Shown here piece by piece: positions 28,181 through 37,237 of a stretch of DNA of 64,000 bases. Made by a program: the position numbers and the translations under genes. The DNA comes from Myxococcota bacterium (GTDB lineage Bacteria; Myxococcota_A; Polyangia; Nannocystales; Nannocystaceae). The DNA is taken from contig JBCCHT010000025.1 in NCBI GenBank assembly GCA_039028615.1, forward strand, positions 128,001-192,000. Reading direction: 5' to 3'. The notes beneath the pieces are model-generated. The model was given only the letters and a program-made list of their open reading frames with translations. It did no database searches and was not told the DNA's origin. Numbering within the stretch: position 1 is the first letter of the stretch; every line of letters begins with the position of its first letter.

Positions 28181-28211
28181 TATTCATGCGAACGGGTCGA
28201 TTCCGTCACTC
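28181..28211 (-). promoter_or_regulatory. Putative autoregulatory ECF promoter
   Basis: GAGTGACG-N18-GAATA ending 7 nt before the GTG start, suggesting a leaderless transcript. Confidence 0.7.
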
Positions 28212-28263
28212 CAAACCCGCTCGAATTCACGTTTTTTTGGGGTCTACGACCCCCTGGAGGGCC

Positions 28264-29244
28264 CTAGGAGCCGGTTTTGCGCCGATCGCTCGCCCCGATC
28301 GCCCCCATCCGCACCCGCAGGTAGCCGCCCGCGCGAAACTCGGCGGCGCCCGATCGATAGATCTCCGCCACCGGTTCGGGGTCGGCGACGAAGCGATGCT
28401 CGATGAAGGGCACCATCCCGTCCACGAATACGCCGAGCCCCACCGGGCCCGCGATGGTGACCTCCACCGCGCCCCGCAGCCCGGCCGCCGCCCACAGCCG
28501 CTGCTCGCGTCGGGTGCTGGGCAAGCCCTGCCCGCGCGCGTCGATCGACCCCAGCTCGAGTACCCCGCACATCGGAAACGCGAACCGCTTCACCGCCTTG
28601 TAGGCGCAGCCCCGCAGGGCGCCGCGGAACACCTGAACCTGCATCGAGACGTCGTCGTTGGGGGGCGCGGCGACGATCTGCTGCGGGAGATCGAAGGCGC
28701 CACCGAGCTCCACCCGCCACGCCGACCCGGCAAGGCCGAGGGTGGCCTCCACCGCGGCCCCCGTTGGCCAGGCCCCGCGTCGGACCCCGCCCGCCAGCGC
28801 ACCGTAGATCCACGCCCGCGCCTGGGCTGGCTCTGGCTTCGGCTCCGGCTCCGGCTCCGGTTCGGGCTCGGGCTCCGGCTCGGCCGTTGTCTCCTCCACC
28901 GCGCCGAAGTTGGGATCGAGCGCCACCGCGATGATGAAGGCCGTGCTCTCGACCAAGGCTTGGCAACGATCGGCGCCGATGGTCCGGCGTTGTACCGAGC
29001 CGCCGCGCCCAAGCTCCAGCTCGAGCCGCCAGCCCCCCGCGTCGCTGCCCGTCACCTCCCCGCGTACCACCAGCGGCACCGCGGGCGACGTGGCCTCGGG
29101 CGACCGCATGCTCGCCACCGTTCGTTGCAGCACGTCCACGCCCGGGCATCCCGCGGGCGCGTCCCACTGCACCGTGTACGCGGGGGACTCCTCGGCGGCG
29201 GGGCTCGCCAGCGCCAGGGCGGCCGCAGTGATCAAGGAGAGCAT
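28264..29244 (-). CDS. Exported protein, WxAPxGCP N-domain with a probable beta-barrel C-domain
   Basis: Signal peptide, WDAPAGCP, (EP)n linker, alternating beta-strands; paralog at 62898. Confidence 0.7.
   Translation of the reverse strand: MLSLITAAALALASPAAEESPAYTVQWDAPAGCPGVDVLQRTVASMRSPEATSPAVPLVVRGEVTGSDAGGWRLELELGRGGSVQRRTIGADRCQALVESTAFIIAVALDPNFGAVEETTAEPEPEPEPEPEPEPKPEPAQARAWIYGALAGGVRRGAWPTGAAVEATLGLAGSAWRVELGGAFDLPQQIVAAPPNDDVSMQVQVFRGALRGCAYKAVKRFAFPMCGVLELGSIDARGQGLPSTRREQRLWAAAGLRGAVEVTIAGPVGLGVFVDGMVPFIEHRFVADPEPVAEIYRSGAAEFRAGGYLRVRMGAIGASDRRKTGS
28829..28885 (-). repeat. Hexanucleotide (Glu-Pro)n coding repeat
   Basis: GAGCCG/GAACCG units encoding EPEPEPEPEPEPEPKPEP. Confidence 0.8.
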
Positions 29245-29263
29245 GCGAAGGATCGAACCCGGC

Positions 29264-29971
29264 TCACTGCAGCTCGAAGGTGACCTCGGCGAGCGGGCCC
29301 GGTTCACCCATCCCGTTGTCCATGGGGTAGGGCTGCGCGCCCACGGTGTGCTCACCCACGGTCAGCATCCACGGCGCCAGGTCGGCCTCGATGTTGCCCC
29401 CGAGCGTGAACGGCACGATGTTCTCGGTGCGGATCTCCATACCATCGACGTAGAACACCACGCTCCCGACCTCGGGGCCCGACGCCTCGGCGGCCAGGCT
29501 CAGCGCTGCACCGCCGTAGTTGGCGGGATCGACCATGTCCCCGTCGACGAGCGGCCCGAGCAATACGTCGGTGTCGGCGTTGGCGAGGCGGAACCCGACG
29601 ATCTCGAGGAAGGGCTCCCCCGTGCTCGAGCTGCTCGAGCTGCTCGAGCCGGTCTCGGACTCGCTGCCCGAGTCGGTGCTCGAGCCACTGGTGGTCCCGC
29701 TCGTGGTGCTCGTCTCCGCCCCCGTGTCGTCATCGACCGATCCGCTGGTCGCCGACATCCCGGGGGGAAGCGAGGGCAGCCCCGTCGTCTCGTCGATGCT
29801 CGTGGTGATGCTCGGCGGAAGGCCCGTCGTCGAGCCCCCGCCGCCGCCCCCGTCCCCGCGCTCGCCCAGCGAGGTGGAGATCGAGCAGGCCATGAGCCCC
29901 GCCGCGGCCACGAGCACGCCCGGTGGTCCGTGACCACGAGCAGGGCGCCGCCGTGCGAGCAGAGAACTCAT
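29264..29971 (-). CDS. Lipoprotein with a Ser/Thr linker and an Ig-like C-terminal domain
   Basis: Lipobox LMAC; VGSVVFYVDG..RTENIVPFTL..GEHTV; start uncertain. Confidence 0.7.
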   Translation of the reverse strand: MSSLLARRRPARGHGPPGVLVAAAGLMACSISTSLGERGDGGGGGGSTTGLPPSITTSIDETTGLPSLPPGMSATSGSVDDDTGAETSTTSGTTSGSSTDSGSESETGSSSSSSSSTGEPFLEIVGFRLANADTDVLLGPLVDGDMVDPANYGGAALSLAAEASGPEVGSVVFYVDGMEIRTENIVPFTLGGNIEADLAPWMLTVGEHTVGAQPYPMDNGMGEPGPLAEVTFELQ

Positions 29972-30159
29972 GGCCACGCATCCTACCGGACTGCGATGCC
30001 CGACACCCGCGAGACGTTGCGCGCGCTAAAGAGGTTTGATGGGGCGCAACGCCACAAAAGTACGTCGCCAATTCGGTGCGGCGGCGTACCCCGATGAGGG
30101 ACGCCATGGGGAAACGGCGAGCGGCGCCGACCGCCGAGGCGCTATGCTGAGCGCCGCCC

Positions 30160-31377
30160 ATGAGCTTCGCTCGCCGCTCGTTTCGCTCCCCCTGGTCATG
30201 GCTCCCCGTGCTGGGACTCGCGCTCGCGTGTCAGCCCGTCATCCGCACCTCGAGCCCGTCCAGCTCTGGTGCACCACCTCCGGCCCGACCGACGACCACG
30301 CCCGCTCCGACCCCCGCGGCCCGACCCGCCCCCGTCAACCCGATGGTGGAGCTGGCCTCGGGCTCGCTGCACACCTGCGGGCGCCGCAAGACGGGCGACG
30401 TGTTGTGCTGGGGTCGCAACGACTACGGGCAGCTCGGCGATGGTCGTCGTCGCGACTCGGTCCGCCTGGTGAAGGCCGGCAGCCTCACCGATGCCACGCA
30501 GCTGGCCGCGGGCCACGACTTCACCTGTGCGCTGCGCAAGGGCGGCAGCGTGGTGTGCTGGGGCAACAACTTCGACGGCCAGCTCGGCGACGGGCGAGGC
30601 GCTCGCTCGGGCGCCATGAGCCTGCGACCGACTCGCGTGGGCGGCCTGGGCGAGGCGGTACAGATCAGCGCGGGCCAGTACCACGCGTGTGCGCTCGAGC
30701 GCGGCGGCACGGTCAAGTGCTGGGGCAGCAGCGAGAACGGACAGATGGGCGACGACTCGGCGCGGGCCTTCGCCCGACCGATGGCCATCGAGCGCCTGGG
30801 CCCCGTGTCGCAGGTCGCCTCGGGGTGGTCGCACGTGTGCGCGCTGGAGAAGGCCGGCCAGGTGAAGTGCTGGGGCCGCAATACCGAGGGGCAGCTCGGC
30901 GACGGCAAATCGGGCAGCCGGATCAAGCCGGTCGTGGTGACCGGCATCAAGACCGGCGTCGAGCTCGTGTCCGGGCACAACCACACCTGCGCCCGCACCC
31001 GCGACGGCGGCCTGTGGTGCTGGGGCGACAACTCGGCGGGACAGCTGGGCGCGGGCGCCCGGGGTGAGCCCAAGGCCTATACCCCCGTGCGCATGCAAAA
31101 CCTCGGTCGGGTGGTCGCGCTCGAAGGCGGCGCCCGGCATCACTGCGCGCGTCTCGACTCCGGGCGCGTCACCTGCTGGGGCAACAACGACGCGGGGCAG
31201 CTCGGCACTCGGGCCACGCCTCGCCCCTCACCGCCCACGACCCTGCGCGGCATCGAGGACGCCATCGACGTCGCCCTCGGTGAGCGACATACCTGCGTGT
31301 TGCGAAAGAGCGGCAACGTGTCGTGCTTCGGCGACGCCAAGGAGAGCGCCCTGGGCCCCTACGGCCCCAAGCGCTGA
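30160..31377 (+). CDS. RCC1-repeat lipoprotein
   Basis: Lipobox ALAC; about seven GxxHxC....GxVxCWGxNxxGQLG repeats. Confidence 0.93.
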   Translation: MSFARRSFRSPWSWLPVLGLALACQPVIRTSSPSSSGAPPPARPTTTPAPTPAARPAPVNPMVELASGSLHTCGRRKTGDVLCWGRNDYGQLGDGRRRDSVRLVKAGSLTDATQLAAGHDFTCALRKGGSVVCWGNNFDGQLGDGRGARSGAMSLRPTRVGGLGEAVQISAGQYHACALERGGTVKCWGSSENGQMGDDSARAFARPMAIERLGPVSQVASGWSHVCALEKAGQVKCWGRNTEGQLGDGKSGSRIKPVVVTGIKTGVELVSGHNHTCARTRDGGLWCWGDNSAGQLGAGARGEPKAYTPVRMQNLGRVVALEGGARHHCARLDSGRVTCWGNNDAGQLGTRATPRPSPPTTLRGIEDAIDVALGERHTCVLRKSGNVSCFGDAKESALGPYGPKR

Positions 31378-31386
31378 ACTCGAGGC

Positions 31387-32574
31387 TCAGCGGCAGCTCG
31401 TCGCGTCTGCGGCGTGCGTCTGCAACACCGCGTGCAGCGAGGCTTCCATCAGCTGCTGGGCGTCGTCGCTCGGCAGGTCGATACCCACGTGGATATGCCC
31501 CGCCGCGAGCACGTCGGGGTAGGTCCGCGCGTAGGCTAGTCCGTGGAGCCCGAGGAATCCGCTGAGGTAGTTGCCGCTGGTGCCCGTCTCGTCGATCTCG
31601 ACCGACGTCAGATCGAGGACCTCGGTCGCCGCGACGATGGCATCGACCGGCAGCTCGGTGGGCAGCACGTTGCCCGCCCGCCAGGTGCTGATCGCGTCCC
31701 ATGAGCGCTCGTCGATGGAGTCGCGGGTGGGGTGTGTCTGGTCGCCGTAGCCGTCGGAGCTCCAGTCGAACGCGACGGACTCGCCTCCGCCGTGTCCGCC
31801 TTCGATCGCCTCGATCTCCCAGCCGATGCTCCCGCCCCGGCTGGTGGTGATGAGGATGGTCGGCTCGAGCTCGTCGACGATGCGCCAGAAATCCTCCGAG
31901 GTCGCCTGGTAGTCCACCTGCAGATCGAAGTCGCGAGAGCCGACGCGGCCCTCGGAGCCGAAGGGATCGTTGCTGGGGTCGCCGTCGGGCGGGAACTCGG
32001 GGAAGAACGCATGGACGTCGTAGCCGTAGCCGCCCCAGTTTTCCCCCGTCCAGACCCCGTGGTTCTGCTTCGGGTTCGTGCTCCACTGCCGCAGCATCTC
32101 GTTGGTCGGCGGCCAGTAGCCCATGAGCACGACGTTCTTCACGCAGGGTTCTTCGGCCACGCACGTGGCCTCGTAGTCGACGCAGCACGTGCCGGTCTCC
32201 TCGCATCCATCGTGGCACTCGCAGCCGCTGGGAGCGACGCCATCGCAGAACCCGACGCAGCTGGCGAGGTCTTCTTCGCCGCCGTCCTCCGGCTCGCCGC
32301 CGCCCGCTTCGTCCGCCTCGACGCACAGGGTTCGGTAGTCGGAACAACAATCACCCAGCAGGCTGCATTGCTCGTCGCACCAGCAGGCCTCGCTGCCCGA
32401 ACCACCGCACGACCGGAAACAGCTCCCCGAGGCGTCGACGTCGGCGCCCGCGTCCTCCCGTTCGCCTTCGTCCGAGCCCTGGGCCACGCGCCCGTCGTCC
32501 TCCACCGCGCAACCGGCCAACAACGAGAGGGCAGCGCCCAGTACAACCATGGTCGATGCGTTCGCGATCTTCAT
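31387..32574 (-). CDS. Lipoprotein with two somatomedin-B domains and a pyroglutamyl-peptidase I (C15)-like domain
   Basis: LAGC; SC..C..C.CD..C...GDCCSDY..LC twice; VVLMGY, EIEA, SGNYLS, GHIHV. Confidence 0.75.
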   Translation of the reverse strand: MKIANASTMVVLGAALSLLAGCAVEDDGRVAQGSDEGEREDAGADVDASGSCFRSCGGSGSEACWCDEQCSLLGDCCSDYRTLCVEADEAGGGEPEDGGEEDLASCVGFCDGVAPSGCECHDGCEETGTCCVDYEATCVAEEPCVKNVVLMGYWPPTNEMLRQWSTNPKQNHGVWTGENWGGYGYDVHAFFPEFPPDGDPSNDPFGSEGRVGSRDFDLQVDYQATSEDFWRIVDELEPTILITTSRGGSIGWEIEAIEGGHGGGESVAFDWSSDGYGDQTHPTRDSIDERSWDAISTWRAGNVLPTELPVDAIVAATEVLDLTSVEIDETGTSGNYLSGFLGLHGLAYARTYPDVLAAGHIHVGIDLPSDDAQQLMEASLHAVLQTHAADATSCR

Positions 32575-32787
32575 GACGAGACGCGCGCCCGTCTCCCGCG
32601 GGGGCCGGGCGCTGCCAGGACTAGTGCCCCAGCGTCGACGGATCTATTCGGCCACGGGCCAATTGCTCGAATTGTGCCTCCAAAGGACCTCTCCGGGTAC
32701 GAACTCAACCCCTTCGAGCGCCTCGACGCATGGATTCGTGACGGGCAGCGCAATCCGATCGCGGCCGAGCGAACTCTACGGGGACGT

Positions 32788-34392
32788 ATGAACGCCCCTG
32801 CCCCCTCCCCCCGCCTCACCAGCGCACTCGCGGCGATCGGCTTGTCCGCCGCCCTCCCCTCCATCGCCGCGGCGGCCCCAGCCGACTACCGGGACTCCGT
32901 CGAGATGGAGACCGCCGTCGACCTGCTCGACGGCGCCGCGGGTGGGCGCATGAACGTGTTCACCGTCGGTCTCACCCCCGATGGCCACAAGACCCGCGCG
33001 GTGCAGCTGTCGGCCATCGACTCCGGCGGTGCACCCGATGCCGACTCGGGAGACAAGCCCGCGCTGCTGGTCGAGTGCGGCATGCATGCGCGCGAATGGG
33101 CGAGCCCGGAGAGCTGCCTGCTCTTTTTGCAAGGCTTCGCGCTGGCCGCGATCTTCAATCCCGCGCGGGTCGACGAGATCCTCGAGCATGCCGACATCTG
33201 GGTGCTCCCCATGGTCAACCCCGACGGCCGCGACATGGACGATACGGGCGGCGGCGACCCGACCAACTTCTGGACCAGCACCGCCCTGCACCCGGCGACC
33301 TCGTCGGACTCCAACGGCTGGCGAGACAACGCCCAGACCGTCAGCTGCCCCGCCGCGGTGGGCGGGCTCGGCGTCGGAATCGACCTCAATCGGGCATTTT
33401 CCAAGGGCTGGGATAGCGGCGAGACCGACTGCCTCAACAACAAGTTCCACGGCGAGTGGCCGTTCCAGGCCAAGGAAGCGAGCATCCTGCGTCGCTTCGT
33501 CAACAACCGCATGATCTCGATGTCACTGTCCGTGCACAGCTACTCGCCCTGCGTGGGCGCCCAAAACGGAGACCCCGGCGTGCCGCAGAACTTCCAGAGC
33601 ATCTGGAACGGGCTCGTGGCCGACCCCAACATGCAGCTGAGCTACACCCCGGGCAGCTGCGAGGGCAAAGGCGTCGGTCAGTTCACGGGCTGGATGGCGC
33701 GCTCCTCCGATACCGGTTTTCAGCGGGACCACAGCACCGAGCGTGGCGCGGTGTCCATGCTGCTCGAGCTGCCGCCCAACGGGGCCAGTTACAACGACGC
33801 CACCACGCTGTCCCCGTATCGCGATGCCCACGGGGACGGCTCCAACCCCTTCCACCCCAGCAGCGCCGTGTACATGAACACGGTGGCGACGCCCTTTTTC
33901 CAGTCGCTCATGTACCTGGCCGAGCAGGCCCGGTCGCCGTGGTGTGCCATCGATCCGGCCACGCTCGCGCCCGATCCCTCGTGCACGGAGGACTTCGGCC
34001 TCACCGGCTCCAAGATCGCCACCTGCGAGGACTGCATCGGCAAGATGATGTTCCGGGACATCGGCGGCCAGACCATCGAGCGCATGAGAGCGGGCGATCG
34101 CAGCGTGGTCTATCGCGTGCAGAACTTCGACTCGAGCACCGCGGGCACCGTGCAGGTCACCGTCGTGATTTCCTCGCGACCGGCCGGCAGCGGCACCTAT
34201 AGCACCGACCTCGTCGACACCCAGGTCTTCAGCCTCGCCTCGCAAGAGGGCGACACGGGCACGGTGCCGTTTTCGTTCACCGCGGGCCGCGACTACATGG
34301 TCTCGATCAACACCTGGGCGCTCTCCTTCCCGGGCTCGGACGACACGAACCCGGACAACGGACACCACCTGTTCCGCTTCGAGACGTTCTGA
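32788..34392 (+). CDS. Secreted M14 zinc carboxypeptidase
   Basis: GMHAREW, PMVNPDG, GIDLNR, SVHSY, LLELP; C-terminal beta-sandwich. Confidence 0.88.
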   Translation: MNAPAPSPRLTSALAAIGLSAALPSIAAAAPADYRDSVEMETAVDLLDGAAGGRMNVFTVGLTPDGHKTRAVQLSAIDSGGAPDADSGDKPALLVECGMHAREWASPESCLLFLQGFALAAIFNPARVDEILEHADIWVLPMVNPDGRDMDDTGGGDPTNFWTSTALHPATSSDSNGWRDNAQTVSCPAAVGGLGVGIDLNRAFSKGWDSGETDCLNNKFHGEWPFQAKEASILRRFVNNRMISMSLSVHSYSPCVGAQNGDPGVPQNFQSIWNGLVADPNMQLSYTPGSCEGKGVGQFTGWMARSSDTGFQRDHSTERGAVSMLLELPPNGASYNDATTLSPYRDAHGDGSNPFHPSSAVYMNTVATPFFQSLMYLAEQARSPWCAIDPATLAPDPSCTEDFGLTGSKIATCEDCIGKMMFRDIGGQTIERMRAGDRSVVYRVQNFDSSTAGTVQVTVVISSRPAGSGTYSTDLVDTQVFSLASQEGDTGTVPFSFTAGRDYMVSINTWALSFPGSDDTNPDNGHHLFRFETF

Positions 34393-34417
34393 CGCGCGTG
34401 CGCCCGAGCGACGAGCT

Positions 34418-35290
34418 TTAGTACAGATGCACGCAGGCGCCGTCGTCGGTGCATCCCATGTCGCCAGGGCACTCGTCGTCGAAGGTGCACAGCAGCACAC
34501 ACCCGATCTGCTCGGCTCCGATCTCGAAGCCGCACACGGGTATCGCCGCCCCCGAGGGCGGCGGCGGGCACAGTGACGAGTCCGCACCGAACGGAGTGTT
34601 GCAGTCGGTGTGCACGCAGACCTCGAAGGTGCCCTGAAAGTCGGTGTAGCAGCTGCCGTCGCAGGTCTCGTCACAGAGGCCGTAGGCGCGGTTGCTCAGG
34701 CAGACCTGGAACTCGGTGTTGCAGACCATCCCCGTGGGACACGGGTTGCCGCCCGAGCAATCGATGGAGCAGCCCTCGCCCTCGTCGCAGAACAAGGTGA
34801 AGACGTCGTTGCCGGGGATCTGGCAATCGCAATCGTCGGTGCAGCCCGCCTGCACGCAGATCTCCTGAGGGAAAGACACGGGGCCCATCTCCGCCTCCTG
34901 AATGCAAGACATGTTGTCGGCGGGCAGACACTGCGGGTCATCGCAGCTGGGCACGAAGGGCGGGCCGTCGGGCGGCACGCAGCCCACGGAATCCGAGGAC
35001 TCGCCGATGCCCGTCTCTTCCACGCCCGCGCTCTCGTCCGCCGTGACCCCGTCGTCGGTCGAGGGCGGCGTGGTGGTCGTCCCCTCGCCATTGCCCGTGG
35101 TCGAGTTCCCGCTGGTGTTCGGGTTGGTGGTGGTCGATGGCGTCGGACCGGAGGTACTGACCGCCGACGTCCCCGAGGTGGCGCCCGTGTCCCCGGAGGC
35201 AGCGACGGCGCCGCTTTCGTACGCGGGGTTGAGCCGCTGACATGCGACCAGCGTCAGTCCGCAGAGCAGGACGAGAAGCGGCGACTTCAC
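34418..35290 (-). CDS. Cys-rich lipoprotein
   Basis: LVAC lipobox, Thr-rich linker, C..C...CP.GM.C modules. Confidence 0.75.
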   Translation of the reverse strand: MKSPLLVLLCGLTLVACQRLNPAYESGAVAASGDTGATSGTSAVSTSGPTPSTTTNPNTSGNSTTGNGEGTTTTPPSTDDGVTADESAGVEETGIGESSDSVGCVPPDGPPFVPSCDDPQCLPADNMSCIQEAEMGPVSFPQEICVQAGCTDDCDCQIPGNDVFTLFCDEGEGCSIDCSGGNPCPTGMVCNTEFQVCLSNRAYGLCDETCDGSCYTDFQGTFEVCVHTDCNTPFGADSSLCPPPPSGAAIPVCGFEIGAEQIGCVLLCTFDDECPGDMGCTDDGACVHLY

Positions 35291-35462
35291 GATGAAAACC
35301 TCGCGGGTAGACAAGCCATGCAAACGATGCCTCTACGATACATCGGCATTGCACGCATGGGGACGAGTTCGAGGGCGTCCTGCGGTGGCTCGGCGAACGA
35401 GGCTCGAGCCCCGTGTCGTACACCAGGGCCGTTCGCGGCACGACATGTGCGATGATGGGTTC

Positions 35463-35693
35463 ATGGCGCGTACGTGGGGATGGATGGCATTGACGATGGC
35501 GCTGGGGTGCGGCCCCACGATCAGCGTCACCACCGAGGGCTCCGGGTCGGCCTCGACAGACGCCCCGTCGACGCGCGGGTCGCCCGGGCGGTGGCACGTG
35601 CTCCCATGGGCCTCGAGCACGTGGGCATCTGCGTGGACTGACCTCCCGATTCGATTAACAATGCGTCCGTGCCGGACTACGACGTCTGTGTGA
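35463..35693 (+). pseudogene. Possible truncated lipoprotein remnant
   Basis: MARTWGWMALTMALGC signal and lipobox plus a short S/T linker, then no domain. Confidence 0.35.
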
Positions 35694-37156
35694 TTGGCGC
35701 AGGGCCCGCGGGCTTTGCCGCGGCGATGCGTCTTTGGGACTTCGGGAAGCGCGTCTGCTTGATCGAGCGCAGTCGGGTGGGCGGCGCAGGGGTGCACAAC
35801 GGAGCCCTGTCTTCGAAGACGCTGTGGGAGCTTTCGTGCGACTACCGTCGGGCTCGACGACGCGACCGCGGCTACGTGGCCACCGACCTGCAGGTGCACT
35901 TCGAGGCGGTCATGCAGGTCGTGGAAGAGGCGACCGGCACCAAAGAAGAGCAGATCCAACGGCAGCTTCGCGAGCTCGCCAAGCCGCGCCCCGACGCGCC
36001 GGGCTCGATCACCTCGGTGCGCGGCACCGCGAAGTTCCTCGACCCGCACACGGTGGAGGTCGAGGGCAGGACCACGGGGGACAGCCGCCGCATCACCGCG
36101 GACCACTTCATCATCGCCACCGGTTCGCACCCGCGGGCGCTGCCCGACGTGGAGATCGATGGCCGCCGCATCATCACCTCCGATCACATCGGCCGCCTCC
36201 AGGGCTTCCCGCGGAGCCTGGTCATCCTGGGCGCGGGCGTGGTGGGCTGCGAGTTCGCCACCGTCTTCGCCAACTTCGGCCAGACCAAGGTCTACCTCAT
36301 CGATCGGGCGGAGCGGATCCTGCCCTTCGAAGACGTCGACGTCTCCCGCGTCTGTGCCACCAACCTCGAGGCCAAGGGCGTCACCGTGCACCACCGCGCC
36401 CGGCTGTGCTCGATGCGGGCGGTGGGCGACGAGGTCGAGTACACCATCGAGCACCCCACGGGCGGGCGCGAGACCATCCGAGTCGACAACGCGCTGATCT
36501 CCATCGGCCGGGTGCCCAACACCCAAAACCTGGGTCTCGAGGAGATCGGCGTGAAGCTGAGCGAGCGGGGACACATCGATGTCGACGACACCCGCAGCTC
36601 GCTGCCCCACATCCATGCGGTGGGGGACGTGACCCTCGACGTGGCCCTCGTGAGCGTGGGGGAGATCGAGGGGCGGCACGCGGCGGAGATCATCACCGGG
36701 CACCGCACCGCTCCGCTCGCGTACGACAACCTGTCCACCATCATGTTCCTCGACCCGGAGGTCGCCGCGATCGGCCTCAACGAGCAAGAGGCGCAGAAGC
36801 AGCGCATTCCGTATCGGGTGGCGGTGTACGGCTACAGCCTCGTCAACCGGCCGATCGCGATGCGGGCCACCGAGGGCTTCGTCAAGCTGCTCACCACGGA
36901 CGACGACGAGCTGCGGATCTTGGGCATGCGCGCGCTGGGAGTGCACTCGTCGACCATGCTCGAGGCGATCTCGCTGATGATCCAGCACAGTCGCTCGGCC
37001 AAGGACCTCGCGGAGCTGCTGCACCCGCACCCCGCCGTGACGGAGGGGCTGCAAGACTGCGTACGCATGCTGATGGGGACGTCGATCTACAAGCCCTCGG
37101 TGTTCAAGTCGGAGCTACGGCTGTCGCGGATCGGCTACGACGACGCCCCCGAGTAG
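35669..37156 (+). CDS. Class I pyridine nucleotide-disulfide oxidoreductase homolog lacking the redox cysteines (SthA/Lpd-like)
   Basis: IGAGPAG, IATGS, ILGAGVVGCEFA, AVGDV, HPHP..TE; GGAGVHNGALSSK in place of CxxxxC. Confidence 0.88.
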   Translation: MPDYDVCVIGAGPAGFAAAMRLWDFGKRVCLIERSRVGGAGVHNGALSSKTLWELSCDYRRARRRDRGYVATDLQVHFEAVMQVVEEATGTKEEQIQRQLRELAKPRPDAPGSITSVRGTAKFLDPHTVEVEGRTTGDSRRITADHFIIATGSHPRALPDVEIDGRRIITSDHIGRLQGFPRSLVILGAGVVGCEFATVFANFGQTKVYLIDRAERILPFEDVDVSRVCATNLEAKGVTVHHRARLCSMRAVGDEVEYTIEHPTGGRETIRVDNALISIGRVPNTQNLGLEEIGVKLSERGHIDVDDTRSSLPHIHAVGDVTLDVALVSVGEIEGRHAAEIITGHRTAPLAYDNLSTIMFLDPEVAAIGLNEQEAQKQRIPYRVAVYGYSLVNRPIAMRATEGFVKLLTTDDDELRILGMRALGVHSSTMLEAISLMIQHSRSAKDLAELLHPHPAVTEGLQDCVRMLMGTSIYKPSVFKSELRLSRIGYDDAPE

Positions 37157-37237
37157 CCGGCTCGTCGCCAGCCCTCCAAGGTTTACCCGACAGTACTTTT
37201 TTCGGAACGGTTCGGGCACGCGGGAAACAACCAGCGC

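Noticed and set aside
30060..30125. Hammerhead-like CCGATGAG...GAAAC
   Set aside because: The core is CCGAUGA rather than CUGAUGA, and stem II cannot form
32645..32680. Another GAATAG-type promoter upstream of the SMB-peptidase
   Set aside because: The -10-like element matches, but there is no -35 match to either motif set
31732..32787. Long N-terminal extension of the M14 ORF
   Set aside because: Antisense to the SMB-peptidase gene; the signal peptide begins at 32788
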